This document shows, one piece after another, positions 9,277 through 19,385 of a stretch of 64,000 nt of DNA. Origin of the DNA: a virus; IMG/VR virus record IMGVR_UViG_3300027801_001565. One strand, 5' to 3'. Below the pieces are notes generated by a model. It worked only from the letters and a program-made list of their open reading frames with translations. It did not search any database and had not been told where the DNA came from. A program made the translations under genes and the position numbers. Numbering within the stretch: the first letter of the stretch is position 1; every line of letters starts with the position of its first letter.

Positions 9277-9471
9277 TTAACAGTCTATATGTCGTTGCTG
9301 TTCTGGGTTGTGTTTGTCTTGTATTTCACTAGCGATCGCAAACTGTAGCTTATCGCCCATGTTGTCGTTTGTTAGTGCGTCTGCTAATTGACTTATCTCT
9401 ACAGATGTCAGCCGTCTAATAGTCTCTGCTATTTGTACTGGCGACATTAACTTTTCTTTTACATATTTCAT
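9277..9471 (-). CDS. hypothetical protein
   Basis: ATGA overlap with upstream gene. Confidence 0.6.
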   Translation of the reverse strand: MKYVKEKLMSPVQIAETIRRLTSVEISQLADALTNDNMGDKLQFAIASEIQDKHNPEQQRHIDC

Positions 9472-9722
9472 CTGTTGTTCCTCAACATATCTGCTTCTAC
9501 TGCTCCAAATCCGCCTAGAATTTGATCCCTAGACATCCTAGGTTCTAGTACTTCAGTGGTTCCTTCTTTTGGTCCTCTGTGGTATACTCTAGTAACAAGG
9601 CCTGAGTTATATGCTGTTTCAATATAACCATCTTGTCCTAGTAAATAGTTTACCTCACCGGCCCATTTCTCTGCTAGTATTATATTTTTCTGATTCTCGA
9701 CTACATCATTATATTCTGTCAT
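9468..9722 (-). CDS. hypothetical early protein
   Basis: GAGGA RBS before the ATG at 9722; TTGACA-N17-TATAAT upstream. Confidence 0.65.
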   Translation of the reverse strand: MTEYNDVVENQKNIILAEKWAGEVNYLLGQDGYIETAYNSGLVTRVYHRGPKEGTTEVLEPRMSRDQILGGFGAVEADMLRNNR

Positions 9723-9807
9723 GTTATTCCTCAATTTCTATATACATTATAAGTTCTTGTGGAGCTTATGTCAACAGTTATATACATCTTTTGGTCCTAT
9801 CACAGAT

Positions 9808-9841
9808 AAAAAAACGGGTTACAGATGACTGCAACCCGTTT
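9808..9841 (-). terminator. intrinsic terminator
   Basis: AAACGGGTT(A)CAG-atga-CTG(C)AACCCGTTT hairpin with a T7 run on the minus strand. Confidence 0.8.
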
Positions 9842-9856
9842 CTCGTCGGATTGTAA

Positions 9857-10024
9857 CTATCCCTTTTCCGCTGTATAAACGGTCCAGATGCCATAAGCCA
9901 ATGCTGGCCAGGCTAATAGTTTAACAATAGGCGCGGCTACAATAACTAACAATGAGATACATACGATGGTTACACCATCCCATGAGGTTCTCTCAAATAA
10001 TCTATCTTTAATATAGTCTACCAT
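9857..10024 (-). CDS. small membrane protein (not in ORF track)
   Basis: Hand translation MVDYIKDRLFERTSWDGVTIVCISLLVIVAAPIVKLLAWPALAYGIWTVYTAEKG*; AGGAGGAG RBS. Confidence 0.75.
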   Translation of the reverse strand: MVDYIKDRLFERTSWDGVTIVCISLLVIVAAPIVKLLAWPALAYGIWTVYTAEKG

Positions 10025-10040
10025 ATCTCCTCCTAAAGGT

Positions 10041-10226
10041 TTAAAGGCTGTTCTTTTTGTCTTGGATCTCTCCTCGACGGGTTTTAGCTGCTTTGGTTAG
10101 TTCCATAAGAGCTTTACGGGCTCTAGCTGCTGAGGCTTTTACACCTTTTGTTTCAAAGTTTTCAGACTCTGCAATGTAAATAGCAAATGCTTCTACTAAT
10201 ACTTCATGTGTCATATTGTTCTCCAT
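10041..10226 (-). CDS. histone H1-like (Hc1-type) basic protein
   Basis: F..KGVKASAARARKALMEL.K.AK..R.EIQ.KKN. Confidence 0.7.
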   Translation of the reverse strand: MENNMTHEVLVEAFAIYIAESENFETKGVKASAARARKALMELTKAAKTRRGEIQDKKNSL

Positions 10227-10235
10227 AATGATAAT

Positions 10236-10685
10236 TTATTGTGTATCTAGATCGACGTTCGGTGTTGTCTCTTCAGCGCCTTCTTGAAATACATACTCTG
10301 GGTTATTAGCAAGTTCTAGGTATTTAGCCTCGTCCCAACCTGCTCTAGGAGCAAAGTTGTTAGACCAATCAGATACACCAGTGTTAGTCCACCCTTCGCC
10401 AGGTAGCCATTCCATGTTTGTATCAGCATTGTAGAATACATCATGTGTATCTTCATGCGTTGGTGAAAGCCATGTTTGAGTAACAGCACTCCAATACGAA
10501 CTAGTACCTTCAAGTTCTACCGGCATTTCGTGTGTTGGTGTTTCTGGATGCTGGTAGTCGCCCGGTGCAGGTGGTGTAAACCCATCTGTTTCCCCTGCTT
10601 CATATAGTGCAAGTTCCAACTCTAGGATTTGTTCCTTGATATTAAAAAGTATCTCAAATACTTCTTTGTTTGATTCAATAGCCAT
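10236..10685 (-). CDS. hypothetical acidic protein
   Basis: AAGGAG RBS before ATG 10685 (MAIESNK). Confidence 0.65.
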   Translation of the reverse strand: MAIESNKEVFEILFNIKEQILELELALYEAGETDGFTPPAPGDYQHPETPTHEMPVELEGTSSYWSAVTQTWLSPTHEDTHDVFYNADTNMEWLPGEGWTNTGVSDWSNNFAPRAGWDEAKYLELANNPEYVFQEGAEETTPNVDLDTQ

Positions 10686-10698
10686 TTCTATCTCCTTG

Positions 10699-11220
10699 TT
10701 ATTTAGATTTTGGTTGTTGTTTGTCATCTTCTCTAGGAATAACACTCCATCTACCAAATAGTCTTACAGACCAATAGGCGGGATATGCTTTCCAATTAGC
10801 TGTTGGAACATCTGCTTCCAACATAGCCTCTAAGAAGACTTTATCAGCTACAAGCTTTGCTTGCTTTGCTGATTGTTTAGATTCGACTGTTTCATCTTTA
10901 CCATCAGAACCAATGGGGTATCCATTTTTAATTCTGTTTTGTCGTATTGCTGAGTATAAAGCGTCGTGTATAACAGCAGCTCTCGCTACGTCAAACGGTG
11001 CTATTACTACCCAAGCAATTCTAGGTACAGATGCTAAGTCTGTTTTAAATCCTTTTTTAGCTGTGATTTTACCAGCTCTGTTAATGGTGGCGCCAACTGC
11101 TTTTAAGGCAGCTCTGTCATCTTCCGATAACTTATCACTATCAAAAACTAAACTAGAATCTAAAGTCCACGTTTTAGGTGGGGTGAATTTGGCATCTAGT
11201 AGCCTGTTAAATTTAGACAT
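10699..11220 (-). CDS. DUF1353 family protein
   Basis: GFKTDLASVP, AAVIHDALY, ADKVF.EAM, VRLFG. Confidence 0.8.
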   Translation of the reverse strand: MSKFNRLLDAKFTPPKTWTLDSSLVFDSDKLSEDDRAALKAVGATINRAGKITAKKGFKTDLASVPRIAWVVIAPFDVARAAVIHDALYSAIRQNRIKNGYPIGSDGKDETVESKQSAKQAKLVADKVFLEAMLEADVPTANWKAYPAYWSVRLFGRWSVIPREDDKQQPKSK

Positions 11221-11250
11221 AATCTCTCCTTTTATTAACTGTTCTATTCT

Positions 11251-11262
11251 TATTTATAAATA
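11251..11262. promoter_or_regulatory. palindromic divergent T4 late promoter
   Basis: TATTTATAAATA contains TATAAATA on both strands, between divergent genes. Confidence 0.65.
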
Positions 11263-11366
11263 CTAATAGGTACACATTACAATATAGGTACTTTAAACAC
11301 ACATATGTTGACAAATGGTTGTTTAGAGTGTATTGTATTGTTTTAAATAATAAAGAGGTAACAGTT

Positions 11367-12704
11367 ATGAGTCAATTAGATTTTAATGTAAATAGATACG
11401 GCGACATGAGAATTGCTATATTTCAATCCAAGTGTAAGAATGGCGCTCCACATGAACGTGTCAAAGGTGCCACACCGATAGTACTAGAGAAGATACAGAC
11501 AAAAACAGCCACCAGGAACATAGGTCGTATGAGTCTATCTGAATTAACCAAAATTTTAAGCATGTCAGCTAAAGAGTACAAATTCATAGACAAGTCTGGC
11601 GGTGAGCATGGGAAAACAACTTTATTCAAGAGTGATGAGTACAAAGGCGGTGAAGGTGAGGGGAAAAAGACATTCAACAAAGGCAACGTTGCTGAATTAA
11701 TATTTGCCGCTGCCATAGCTTGTAGGTTCAAGAGTAAGGAACAAAACGTTACCGAGAACAACATAAAGAGTATGATAAGATCCTTGGGCGCTAGCAATAC
11801 TGGTAAGAAGTCTTGGGAATCTAAGAATAAGGATGTAACAATACTCGATACTGTGTGTCTTCAATATGGACTTGCTCTTAATAACTACAGGGCTGTTAAG
11901 GATATGTCTCTTTGGTCAGCCTTTTCCAGTGAAATTAGCGGCGCTGTAGACTATGCCAACAGCACTATCGTACAAGAGTGGGCGGATTTGTTTTATGTCA
12001 ATAATGTTAAGAATGAGATAACAGTACTAGCAGACGGTGAAACAGACCAAACAGGTACAAAGGTAGACGTAAGAGTTTTAGCAACAGACCATGAAGGAAA
12101 GACTATACCAGTTAACATTAACGTATCACTTAAGATTGGTGGCGTAGGACAGTTTGGACAGATGGGAGGTGTAACATATGAGGTACAAAAGACACTTTGG
12201 AAAGAGTTCTTTAATGTAAGCTTGCCGTTCTCTAAGTCTATGTTCAACTCTAAGCTTGGTAGTTTAGCACACGAAAAGGATGCTGCTGTTGCGCTTATGT
12301 ACAGTTACAAACAAGTAGCTAATAGTGTGGCAACATCACTGTCTGGTAAGGAAGGAAAGAGAGTGTTGGCTAAATCTATAATAAAACACCTTACATTAAA
12401 TGAGGATTATGTTTCACTCGTAGACTTGAAGGGAGGCGCTGCTATTAACTATAATTTTGATAAAATTCATGACATGATGGAAGGCTTAGACTTTTATTCA
12501 GTTATAGGCGTAAGTAAAGGTAGAGGATCTAGTGAAGACTTACCTCTTATGTCTATATATGTTGATAAGAGGAAACGGCCTGATGATCTATTTATTGATA
12601 TAAGAGTTAAACGTGGTGATTATGGGGCTGACGGATTACCTTACTACAGAAACATATTTGAGAAGAAGAAAGCATTTACAAACCTATTAGGTGTTAAACT
12701 CTGA
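11367..12704 (+). CDS. putative PD-(D/E)xK restriction-like endonuclease
   Basis: GNVAE helix, KVDVRV and NVSLK motifs; GAGG RBS; TTGACA-N17-TATTGT promoter at 11308-11336. Confidence 0.55.
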   Translation: MSQLDFNVNRYGDMRIAIFQSKCKNGAPHERVKGATPIVLEKIQTKTATRNIGRMSLSELTKILSMSAKEYKFIDKSGGEHGKTTLFKSDEYKGGEGEGKKTFNKGNVAELIFAAAIACRFKSKEQNVTENNIKSMIRSLGASNTGKKSWESKNKDVTILDTVCLQYGLALNNYRAVKDMSLWSAFSSEISGAVDYANSTIVQEWADLFYVNNVKNEITVLADGETDQTGTKVDVRVLATDHEGKTIPVNINVSLKIGGVGQFGQMGGVTYEVQKTLWKEFFNVSLPFSKSMFNSKLGSLAHEKDAAVALMYSYKQVANSVATSLSGKEGKRVLAKSIIKHLTLNEDYVSLVDLKGGAAINYNFDKIHDMMEGLDFYSVIGVSKGRGSSEDLPLMSIYVDKRKRPDDLFIDIRVKRGDYGADGLPYYRNIFEKKKAFTNLLGVKL

Positions 12705-12705
12705 T

Positions 12706-13254
12706 ATGAGTAAAGCTTCGTTATTTTTCTTATTCAATCATAAGAATACATTGTATATCGTGGACAACACCCAAGTCCAGGATGTACCAAAGCCTCGTGA
12801 ACTTATTAGAAGGTTCTCTACTATTGAACAAATAAGACAACACGCGCTACACTTAGGATTAGAGATCGCTAACGATACAGCGAGAGAAAGAACAAAACAT
12901 CACACACCTGAAGGTATAGAAAGGATACGCTTGGCTAAACTGGGCGACAATCATCCTGCTCGTAAGAATGGCAGGGATGCTGAGTTTAGAGATAAGGTAT
13001 CAAGAACGATGACGGGTACTAGGAGAGGCAATAACAATCCAATGTATGGTAAGGCTCATAGAAAAGAGACTAGGATTAAAATGTCCCAAGCCTCTTTCTT
13101 TAAGGAGCGTCGTAGATGGTGTGTATCACCTGAGCAAGTAACAACAACAATCCCTGTTAGTGAACCACTACCAGAAGGCTGGCAATGGGGTAGGTTCTAC
13201 GACAAATACAGGCCTGATCCTATTCAGTTGCCAGATCCACAGGAAATATCTTAA
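12706..13254 (+). CDS. NUMOD3-motif DNA-binding protein
   Basis: NNPMYGKAHRKETRIKMS, HTPEGIERIR, C-terminal PEGWQWGR. Confidence 0.7.
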   Translation: MSKASLFFLFNHKNTLYIVDNTQVQDVPKPRELIRRFSTIEQIRQHALHLGLEIANDTARERTKHHTPEGIERIRLAKLGDNHPARKNGRDAEFRDKVSRTMTGTRRGNNNPMYGKAHRKETRIKMSQASFFKERRRWCVSPEQVTTTIPVSEPLPEGWQWGRFYDKYRPDPIQLPDPQEIS

Positions 13255-13900
13255 CAATAGCTTCAGCTATACTCTCAGCTAGTTGAATATGTTCTAGCTG
13301 CGTGCCATTAGCCCTACGGAGCTCAATGTAGTGAACCCAACTACGCAACGTTCCATTAACATACAGTCTACTCATTGTATTTCCTTCGGGTAGTACTGCT
13401 CTTGCTTGTTCTTTAGCAATGCCGTTCTCAATAGCCCAGTCGTAAGCCATCTTTGCAGTCTCTATTACTGCTGATTGCTTGTTAGCCCATTCATCATACA
13501 ATACACCATCATCACATACAATAGAATTTTGCCTGTTCTTTGGATCTTGTAAACGTGGTTCTCTAATCTCAAACTCTAAATCCTTTGTAGGATCTGCATA
13601 CCGCTGGCTGAATTCTTGAAAGCTAAAACTCCTGTGTCGTAGAAGTTGTCTTCCTATGTCTCTAGTTGTCTCCACTTCCATGCACACACTAACCATCTCA
13701 AGTGGCGACCAGTGTTTATGTTTAATTAGATATTTAACCAGCTTCTCGTTGGTTGCTGAATTGTTCTGATTGTCTGGGTTACTAACTCTAGCACAATATG
13801 CTACAAGATCTAGCATTGATATTTCCCCTGGCTTTGAGCCTACTTGAAAATCTGTTGGTCCAGGGCGTGCTTGGGTGTAACTAATTAGTTTAGTCTTCAT
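13220..13900 (-). CDS. thyX: FAD-dependent thymidylate synthase
   Basis: RHRSFSFQEFSQRY signature; HWSPLE; EQARAVLP. Confidence 0.95.
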   Translation of the reverse strand: MKTKLISYTQARPGPTDFQVGSKPGEISMLDLVAYCARVSNPDNQNNSATNEKLVKYLIKHKHWSPLEMVSVCMEVETTRDIGRQLLRHRSFSFQEFSQRYADPTKDLEFEIREPRLQDPKNRQNSIVCDDGVLYDEWANKQSAVIETAKMAYDWAIENGIAKEQARAVLPEGNTMSRLYVNGTLRSWVHYIELRRANGTQLEHIQLAESIAEAIVKIFPVDLATE

Positions 13901-13916
13901 CGTCGATCCTTTAGGA

Positions 13917-14468
13917 TTACTTGGTGGCTGTTTTCTTTTTAGCTGGGGCGCGTTTCTTCTTAGCTTTAACTGGCTTCACATAGTCTGTGATACCAAGCAG
14001 GCTTAGAATGCCTTCTAGTTTAGGATATATTGTTAACAACTGCACATCTTTAATTGCTGTTATTAAATGAGCTTCCTTAAAATGTAGTCCTTCTAACGTG
14101 GACATCCAATTCATTTCCTGTTTCCATGCTGGAAGATTTTTCATGTTAGACTGTTGATCCATGAATGTTTTAATACGTCTATACTCTAAGGCAATAGTTG
14201 TCTCACCCATACCAGGGGGTGTATCATCTTTGATCTTTACACTATCTGGCATACCATGAGGTAAACCCCAGTCTGCTTTATCAGCGCCTACACCTAATCT
14301 GACTAAAGGAACCACTGTCTGGTTTTTAGCTGCAATAGTTTTAAGACGTTCAACTTGATCTTCTTTCTCATCTATTTCAAAGACCCAATCAAGTGCCTCA
14401 TCTAATTGCCTAAACTTCGTACCGAGGTTATTCAAACCAGGGATCTCATTGCTTTTCTTTGTGCTCAT
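13917..14468 (-). CDS. conserved T4-like hypothetical protein (DUF6433-like)
   Basis: LEGLH.KEA.L...KD motif; position next to rnh. Confidence 0.6.
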   Translation of the reverse strand: MSTKKSNEIPGLNNLGTKFRQLDEALDWVFEIDEKEDQVERLKTIAAKNQTVVPLVRLGVGADKADWGLPHGMPDSVKIKDDTPPGMGETTIALEYRRIKTFMDQQSNMKNLPAWKQEMNWMSTLEGLHFKEAHLITAIKDVQLLTIYPKLEGILSLLGITDYVKPVKAKKKRAPAKKKTATK

Positions 14469-14477
14469 ATTGTATTC

Positions 14478-15380
14478 CTAAAATTCGTCGATGACATCAA
14501 TCATATGTTTCATCTTATGCTTAATAAAATAATTCAACAAGTGAGACTTATCTCCACCTTGTTGAGCTGTATAACTATGTATAATACCTTCTTGTATCTC
14601 CTGTGGACATCTGGTTAGATCGACTAGTTCTTTATTACGATTATAGCCATGTGCCATGTCGCCATTAACAAAATGCTCTGGTCTTTGTGTTACCCACTCT
14701 GCTAATAGTTTCTTACGGATAGGAGTTTGTCTAATACCATCTACAAAACAGTTGTCTGGTGATAGCATGTTAGGTACGCCATCTCCCTTGTCACCTATAA
14801 TAATGTGTTCAAGTAGTATCTGCTCTGCTGGTACAGAAATCTTCACCCACTTCTTTTGTGCGGGTGCAAACTGTTTAATGTTGGGCCATTTCTGTAACTG
14901 TTGAAAGTCGTGATCTCCAGATATAATGAGGTAAGGTTCAGACACGTTATCGCCAAAATCTAACATGCCGTTATCCTCTGGTGTGCCACCGCTAGTCTGA
15001 CTATACCTAGCGAGTGTGCCTATAACATCATCAGCCTCAGCACCCTCTACGTTAATCACAGGGTACGGAAACACCTCATCTAACTCGTCTCTTACTAAGT
15101 TAAGAGCATCAAATATAGTACTCCAGTCCATGCCACTGTTATCCCTAGTCTTCTTACGTCCTGCTTTGTACTGAGGGAACACTTCACGTCTCCAGTAATG
15201 TCTGTTATCACAGGCTATTACCATTTCACCAAACTCTTCTCTGTGCTTCTTATTGTAAGCTCGTATGGTATTGAGGATCATGTGTCTAAGTAAAGGTACA
15301 TTAACATCCACATCAGATCTGCCACGGACCTCAGCCATGAAGGCACCAATTGCTACTTGATTATAATCTATAACTATCAT
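14478..15380 (-). CDS. rnh: T4-type RNase H (5'-3' exonuclease)
   Basis: YWRR..FP.YKA.R, EADDVIG, SGDHDF.QL, GDKGDGVPN. Confidence 0.95.
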   Translation of the reverse strand: MIVIDYNQVAIGAFMAEVRGRSDVDVNVPLLRHMILNTIRAYNKKHREEFGEMVIACDNRHYWRREVFPQYKAGRKKTRDNSGMDWSTIFDALNLVRDELDEVFPYPVINVEGAEADDVIGTLARYSQTSGGTPEDNGMLDFGDNVSEPYLIISGDHDFQQLQKWPNIKQFAPAQKKWVKISVPAEQILLEHIIIGDKGDGVPNMLSPDNCFVDGIRQTPIRKKLLAEWVTQRPEHFVNGDMAHGYNRNKELVDLTRCPQEIQEGIIHSYTAQQGGDKSHLLNYFIKHKMKHMIDVIDEF

Positions 15381-16493
15381 TTACTGCACCTTCAATAGTA
15401 GCATGTTAGGATTAATACGAGTCTTAACAGGCATTTGCTTGCCTCGGATCTTACCTACATAATCCTGTATTGCCTTCTTGCTTAGTTTCATAAAGCCTTT
15501 GAGTTGTTCCTCATGCTTCCTTAGAGTCTTTTCATATGAGAGTTTGTCGTCATATCCTTGTATGCTTGTGCCATGTACCGTGAGCCCACCTTTATCTAAA
15601 GACATATACACTCCCAATCTCTTACGCTTAATATCGTAAGTCCATACCTCAGTACTACCTAGTATGTCAACAGGATTTATAGAAGCAATTTTAAGATCCT
15701 TCTCAGCCTTCATGTACCTTAGTCGCGATACTATCTTACGAGGATCCTGAGGCTTCTTACGTCTGACTACTTTCTTAGAAGTCTTAAACGTTTCTAGAGA
15801 TACTAGACCTTCGGCAAACCACTTCAACGTCTTCCTTAGATTGGGTGTATTAATAAAAGCGTATCCTTCTACCAACTGTTCGTCCCAATCACTCCTCGGA
15901 CCTTTAAGTTTACGGACTCTTGCTAACTCATCAAACTCTTGTTTGTTATCAGATAGTTCTTTATGTGCCTCTTCAACTTCCTTAGCATTTAAGCCTATAG
16001 AGTTAAGTAGGGATTCCATCGATTGATACTTTTTGCCAGTCTGTACATTATCCAAACTCTCATCAGTAGCAGTGAGGAACTGTCCAAGGTTAGGCCTTAT
16101 AACAACTACTTTAGGTTTAGATACTGCAACCTCTTTAGATGCTAGTTTCTTATCACCTTGTTCTAGTAAGTATTCAAGCTTCTTTTCAATAAAGTCTCTC
16201 AACTGTTGTGGCATGTATCCTACTTTACTGCTGAACCAAGCATGCTGTCCAATTGAAATGTAAGCATAGTCAGGGGCAGCTAAAACTCTAGTCTGAATGT
16301 CTTTAGTCCAGCCTGAAGTTTTAACCCAATCCCTGAATGCTTTATTAGATTCACGATCAGATATTTCCTGGTGTACAAAGTAGTTCGTACTTCTCCACGC
16401 AGCGTATCGTTCGTCTTCTGTTGTGGCCAGTGAGTGCACTGCCCAATTTGGCTCAGTAGTTAAGTACTGAGATCTGTTTTTAGATTTTGCCAT
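15381..16493 (-). CDS. conserved T4-like hypothetical protein
   Basis: 370-aa ORF with its own sigma70 promoter; SINPVDILGS.EVWTY motif. Confidence 0.75.
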   Translation of the reverse strand: MAKSKNRSQYLTTEPNWAVHSLATTEDERYAAWRSTNYFVHQEISDRESNKAFRDWVKTSGWTKDIQTRVLAAPDYAYISIGQHAWFSSKVGYMPQQLRDFIEKKLEYLLEQGDKKLASKEVAVSKPKVVVIRPNLGQFLTATDESLDNVQTGKKYQSMESLLNSIGLNAKEVEEAHKELSDNKQEFDELARVRKLKGPRSDWDEQLVEGYAFINTPNLRKTLKWFAEGLVSLETFKTSKKVVRRKKPQDPRKIVSRLRYMKAEKDLKIASINPVDILGSTEVWTYDIKRKRLGVYMSLDKGGLTVHGTSIQGYDDKLSYEKTLRKHEEQLKGFMKLSKKAIQDYVGKIRGKQMPVKTRINPNMLLLKVQ

Positions 16494-16574
16494 TTAAGGA
16501 CTCCTTTTGTATTAATAGTAGTAATTATACGACCTATTGAAGTACAAGTCAAGAAATCATTTCATCTTTTGGTC

Positions 16575-16919
16575 CTACTCGGTGTCGCTTAATACAAAAG
16601 TACTAGGATTTTTTGGTTGTTTCCTATTGTCTCCTAGTGACGCAAAGCTTATGACTGAATCATATCTCATTGAGCGCCAGCCATCATTCTCATAGTCGTA
16701 TACCACAAGTATGCCAGGTTTTGCTCTTGACGATAGCTCTTTGTTGTATTCTTCAGGCAATTCTTCCACTCGTAATGTGCAATACATTGTGCGGACATCA
16801 CCGTTAACCTTTTGGAATACAAATCTTCCGTATGTAGTCCTCAGTAGTTCTTCTATATCTCTTCGCCAGTCATCGTTGTTACGTTCTGGGTGGAAATTCA
16901 TTTCTTCTATATTAGCCAT
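16575..16919 (-). CDS. WYL_2/DUF2693-like SH3 beta-barrel protein
   Basis: FQKVNGDVRTM.CTL...YD.END.WRS. Confidence 0.7.
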   Translation of the reverse strand: MANIEEMNFHPERNNDDWRRDIEELLRTTYGRFVFQKVNGDVRTMYCTLRVEELPEEYNKELSSRAKPGILVVYDYENDGWRSMRYDSVISFASLGDNRKQPKNPSTFVLSDTE

Positions 16920-18508
16920 TATTTGTTACCTTTCTTTTTGTCTATTAACCATTGTAAGTCTACTTCCTTCTTAGGATCCATAGCAGACTCTTTTCCATAT
17001 TTGTTTGATACCCATTCATCATCGTCATCGTGAGCTAGAATTATAGGACCTTTTAAATGTTCTGGTCCTAAGGTTCCATCTGCTGGTAACTCAATGAGTA
17101 TATCAACATCTTCACGCACTTTTACTTCATCCTTCAGTTTAAAATATTGTTGCCAAGGATCCTTAGTTGTTATGCTACTACTAGCAGCCCAACTACCTTC
17201 TTCTGGTTTCTCTCCTGCTTCAAGTTCCGGTACACTTTCTTGTACGTCTTCTTGTGCAATTTCTACACTTTCTTGCGGTTCATCCTCAACTGCCTCTATT
17301 TCATCATCCATAACCACTGACGTTGCATTGTCAGGCATTACGGCAACTGCGTATATCCGTTCACCACGTCTTTCCTTTAAACTTAAATTAGCTGCTATAA
17401 CTAATATGATCGCTAAAGGATCGAATACAAATATAAGTAGCATTATAACAAATTGTACAGCTTTGTCAACTGCTGCTGTACCACTTTCGCCATATAATAG
17501 TTGTGCTACATATTTAATCGGTCCTATCTCTTGTTCTAACTCTCTAACAACAGAGTTCTTGGCATATAAGTCTGTGCTATAGTCCTCTATTGAGATATAA
17601 ACTGCGTCTATTTGTCCCTGGAGATCATCGATTTGTATGTCTCTATTAGATTGTGCTGAACCCTCATTATCTCTTAGTCTGTTTATCTCAGCATTGGCAT
17701 TGTCTATTGTTGTTTGTGTGGATGTTCTGTATTCTACTATCTGATTACGATATCCTGATATCTGTTGTTCTGCGTATCCTCTGAGCTCTGTCATCTTATC
17801 ATCAATAACACCTCTCTCAGTTTTTTGTTCTTCCCGTACTTCTAAGCCTGTTGCCACATTATCTCTACGATTAAAGGCTCCGCCTGTAGTACCTTGGCTT
17901 GTATAAGATGCTACTATAGCGTCTAAACCGTCTACCTTTGACTGCTGTAGTGCCAAATCAGTGTCCAAACTAGCTCTAATCTTATCTATTTGCTGTTCTG
18001 AGTAGTCTATGTCACCTTGTATTCTTTCCCAGCTCGTATCTCGTATCTCTTCCTGTTGACGTATAGATTCTGTAACATCTAATACACCACCATCTTCTAT
18101 TCTTTGTATCCTGTCTTCTAATGTGGTTATCTTCTCCTTCTCTCTATCAACCAACGATTGTAATCTAACTACCTCAGCTCCTGCGTCTCCAGAGCTAGCT
18201 GCTTGGTCCATGTGTGCCTTACTTAGGAATCCAAATATACCAACAGAGGTTATGATAGATAACACAATGACTGCAAGTATCATGTATGTCTTCATTAGGA
18301 AGCCTATGCGTTCCCAATACTGATACACCCAAGATGCTGTTACTAGTTTAGCTATCTCTAATACTACACCCATTGCCAGTATGGCCATAGGGAGAGCAGA
18401 AAATATTGCAATAAGGCCTGCAATGGAGAAGTACGCAGCCACTACTGATATAGCAAGTGCTGAGAACAGCGTCATTATGATAAATGATAGGTTGGATTGT
18501 TTAACCAT
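16919..18508 (-). CDS. membrane protein with long coiled coil
   Basis: Three N-terminal TM segments, coiled coil, IFVFDPLAI TM segment, acidic tail; AGGAG-like context favours start MVKQ. Confidence 0.8.
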   Translation of the reverse strand: MVKQSNLSFIIMTLFSALAISVVAAYFSIAGLIAIFSALPMAILAMGVVLEIAKLVTASWVYQYWERIGFLMKTYMILAVIVLSIITSVGIFGFLSKAHMDQAASSGDAGAEVVRLQSLVDREKEKITTLEDRIQRIEDGGVLDVTESIRQQEEIRDTSWERIQGDIDYSEQQIDKIRASLDTDLALQQSKVDGLDAIVASYTSQGTTGGAFNRRDNVATGLEVREEQKTERGVIDDKMTELRGYAEQQISGYRNQIVEYRTSTQTTIDNANAEINRLRDNEGSAQSNRDIQIDDLQGQIDAVYISIEDYSTDLYAKNSVVRELEQEIGPIKYVAQLLYGESGTAAVDKAVQFVIMLLIFVFDPLAIILVIAANLSLKERRGERIYAVAVMPDNATSVVMDDEIEAVEDEPQESVEIAQEDVQESVPELEAGEKPEEGSWAASSSITTKDPWQQYFKLKDEVKVREDVDILIELPADGTLGPEHLKGPIILAHDDDDEWVSNKYGKESAMDPKKEVDLQWLIDKKKGNK

Positions 18509-18875
18509 CTTGAGGACTCCATTGAATTGGTTCAAAGTCTTTTAAAAAGCTAGCTCTTATTCTTACATGTAACATATCGTTGATACATTTCTCGTCGTGT
18601 CGTTGTTGCCATTGTAATAAGAACTCCTGCATCTTTGCTGGTGCTCTAGTAGGGTATTCAATTATTACTTCTTTTGTAAGTAATGCCTCACCCTCATGTG
18701 GTTTACAATCAGCTGTCGCCTCTGCTAGTACTGCTTTGATCTTAGTTGAGCTACCAAAGTATTTCTCGAACTGTTTATCTGTCTTACAAGAGTATCCAAT
18801 GTAGTATCTTCCGTCTGGGAAATAGGTACAATATACTCTGTGTGTTTGTATTGGTTTCTTTTTTCTTTTTGCCAT
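18501..18875 (-). CDS. GIY-YIG (Seg-like) endonuclease domain protein
   Basis: RVYCT...RYYIGYS...YFGSS; late promoter 5 nt before the ATG at 18875. Confidence 0.7.
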   Translation of the reverse strand: MAKRKKKPIQTHRVYCTYFPDGRYYIGYSCKTDKQFEKYFGSSTKIKAVLAEATADCKPHEGEALLTKEVIIEYPTRAPAKMQEFLLQWQQRHDEKCINDMLHVRIRASFLKDFEPIQWSPQDG

Positions 18876-18892
18876 AATAGTATTTATATGTG

Positions 18893-19249
18893 TTAATGTG
18901 ATCTCTTTCCGTCGAACACACATACAAAGTACATAGGATCGTCTGTATCGTTAATAACCTTATGGAACTCCCCATCCTTTATTAACACCACATTACCAGG
19001 TTTGACAACATGAAACACCTCATCTATTTGTAATATGCCTGAGCCACTAACAAATTGATAAACTTCTTCTTGGCCTGGATGTTTGTGTCCACTAGTAGAC
19101 TGGCGTGGATTAAGCAACGTGCTGCTTAATACTAAGTTATTTAATGTAGTGTTATCTTTAACAGTATACACTTCACTCTTTTTTGAGACATAACCACCAA
19201 TTTCATCAATAGTCAGTAATCTCTTCTTCTCCTTCAAACGGCTCGTCAT
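18893..19249 (-). CDS. cupin-domain protein (start uncertain)
   Basis: GHKHPGQEEVY...G.G...GEFHKV. Confidence 0.8.
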   Translation of the reverse strand: MTSRLKEKKRLLTIDEIGGYVSKKSEVYTVKDNTTLNNLVLSSTLLNPRQSTSGHKHPGQEEVYQFVSGSGILQIDEVFHVVKPGNVVLIKDGEFHKVINDTDDPMYFVCVFDGKRSH

Positions 19250-19385
19250 TGACAAACTCCTCTTCCAATTCAAGCTCTTCTCCACAAAATGGACAGAACT
19301 CTACATTATAAAATGTGTGGTCTAAGTCGTGTAAGAATGAACCGACTCCCTCACATGATGAACATTCTACTCTTATCTTCTTCAT
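19206..19385 (-). CDS. small zinc-ribbon protein (not in ORF track)
   Basis: Hand translation MKKIRVECSSCEG...VEFCPFCGEELELEEE...DY*. Confidence 0.7.
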   Translation of the reverse strand: MKKIRVECSSCEGVGSFLHDLDHTFYNVEFCPFCGEELELEEEFVNDEPFEGEEEITDY

